A stretch of 8,356 nucleotides of DNA from Paraspadella gotoi (lineage: Eukaryota > Animalia > Chaetognatha). The notes under the pieces are model-generated. The model ran no database searches. It had not been told where the DNA came from and worked only from the letters and a program-made list of their open reading frames with translations. Below are positions 7,451-8,356 of the stretch, one piece after another. Each line of letters starts with the position of its first letter. Within the stretch, counting starts at the first letter, position 1. Both the position numbers and the translations under genes were made by a program. The stretch is taken from assembly GCA_051294375.1 (NCBI GenBank), contig JBJCIZ010000963.1, positions 1-8,356 of the forward strand. The letters run 5' to 3'.

Positions 7451-8060
7451 CCGCTCATCTTGACCCGGCTTTGGACTTGTATGGCCAACATCCAAGACTG
7501 CCTCCCCACAACCACGACGACGTTCCGGCCCGACCAGCCTCGCACAAACTCAAAAACTAAACCTACTGTTCTCAGTAATGAAACGTTATTTCATTCTTCA
7601 ACATAGCAACACGTCTAACTGCCACACAGACCTCCACAATGCCTCCTCAACCTGGGAGTACATATTTGCGGCTGCTTCATGATGCATGCTGCTGATACAG
7701 CAGTGTCCGTCCTTCTTTCGCACCGACCGCTTCGCACGACGCTGGCCGTCAACACGCTTGCCACGCCTTTCGATCGAATTGCTCTCGGCGATGACGCGGA
7801 CGTTGATGCCCTCAGGGCCGATTGCTTGGACGTTTTCGACAGCAACGTCTCTTCCCGGCGTTCGTTTCTTGCAAGGACGCGGTGGACCGTGGAGATTCCG
7901 TCTCACATTCTTCCTGCAACGCGCAACAGGAAGCGACATTCGCAAAAGCCGAAAAGGCGATCTAGAAAACAAAGCCGCAAAAAAATCAAACCTGAGCTTC
8001 GTTCTCGGCACGCGCTGCAGAGCCGTGCTGTCAGGCGCTGACAGTTAAAAGGTGGCACAT
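7451..8060 (+). pseudogene. Decayed non-LTR retrotransposon (Jockey/I-like) AP endonuclease and linker remnant
   Basis: PLILT..DLYGQHPRL (7451-7500; GDLNAKHP.W-like, single-base changes in three codons); SSTWEYIF (~7643-7667; PST.D.F-like); LSHRPLRTTL (7715-7744; SDH.P-like) about 82 codons after the GDxN-like motif; then linker-like EIPSHIL..RNRKR (from 7892), RKKIKPELR and LSGADS*KVA (DNSLWKVA-like). Confidence 0.55.
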
Positions 8061-8143
8061 CTCGTAGTGATTTTGCTGAGCTCGTTTGAGCACGAGAGGT
8101 GGAGTTGTGGAGAAGGAGTTGGGCGCGTCATGACTCCCTGAAC

Positions 8144-8356
8144 TCATGTCGGGCTGTTTGAGGAGTGACCTAGTCGAGAACTACTAAAGTCGTTGAAGGA
8201 GAACCCCGTAATTTCATTTTCGAACAATTTCCGGTTCCGCTCGCTTACCCGGAGTGTGACGAATCCGAAGGAGAACACGTTTTGTCCAAGTTCGAAGTCT
8301 GGAGCTTGTGGGTTCGGACTGTTGACTTCGTGCCGGCTCGGTATCGTCTCTCTTTG
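8144..8356 (-). other. Open frame entering from the window edge (70 codons plus stop); unknown, weakly like a Gypsy integrase C-terminus
   Basis: QRETIPSRHEVNSPNPQAPDFELGQNVFSFGFVTLRVSERNRKLFENEITGFSFNDFSSSRLGHSSNSPT*. FELGQNV...RKLF...G recalls the F..G+.V...KL...GP pattern. A donor-like CGG|GTAAGC also lies at 8249/8248. Confidence 0.2.

Noticed and set aside
7069-8059. Direct repeat aggtggcaca (7069-7078, 8050-8059) as TSD or LTR ends
   Set aside because: Only 10 bp, the second copy falls within LINE-like coding remnant (KVAH), and there are no TG...CA ends, PBS or PPT.
1-8356. Prokaryotic systems (operons, CRISPR array, IS elements)
   Set aside because: No dense coding, no regularly spaced repeat-spacer array; composition and element types indicate eukaryotic intergenic/intronic DNA.

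Overview
AT-rich eukaryotic (insect/arthropod-like) non-coding DNA with interspersed CpG-rich blocks. I find no convincing intact protein-coding gene; the listed ORFs are best explained as chance frames in GC-rich DNA or decayed retroelement sequence. The window holds two non-autonomous DNA transposons (a TA-flanked Tc1/mariner-type MITE at 1970-2699 and a hAT-type fold-back MITE with an 8-bp TSD at 4498-5120) and two heavily decayed non-LTR retrotransposon ORF2 remnants (RT at ~3041-3700, AP endonuclease/linker at ~7450-8060). The standout is a ~200-bp SINE-like unit (3913-4115) in which a tRNA-Gly(CCC)-like Pol III head is followed 8 nt later by a circularly permuted, type-P5 twister ribozyme fold. 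Both pseudoknots and the catalytic-core nucleotides are in place, but P2 is damaged and P1 is vestigial in this copy. All calls are by eye; no database searches were run.
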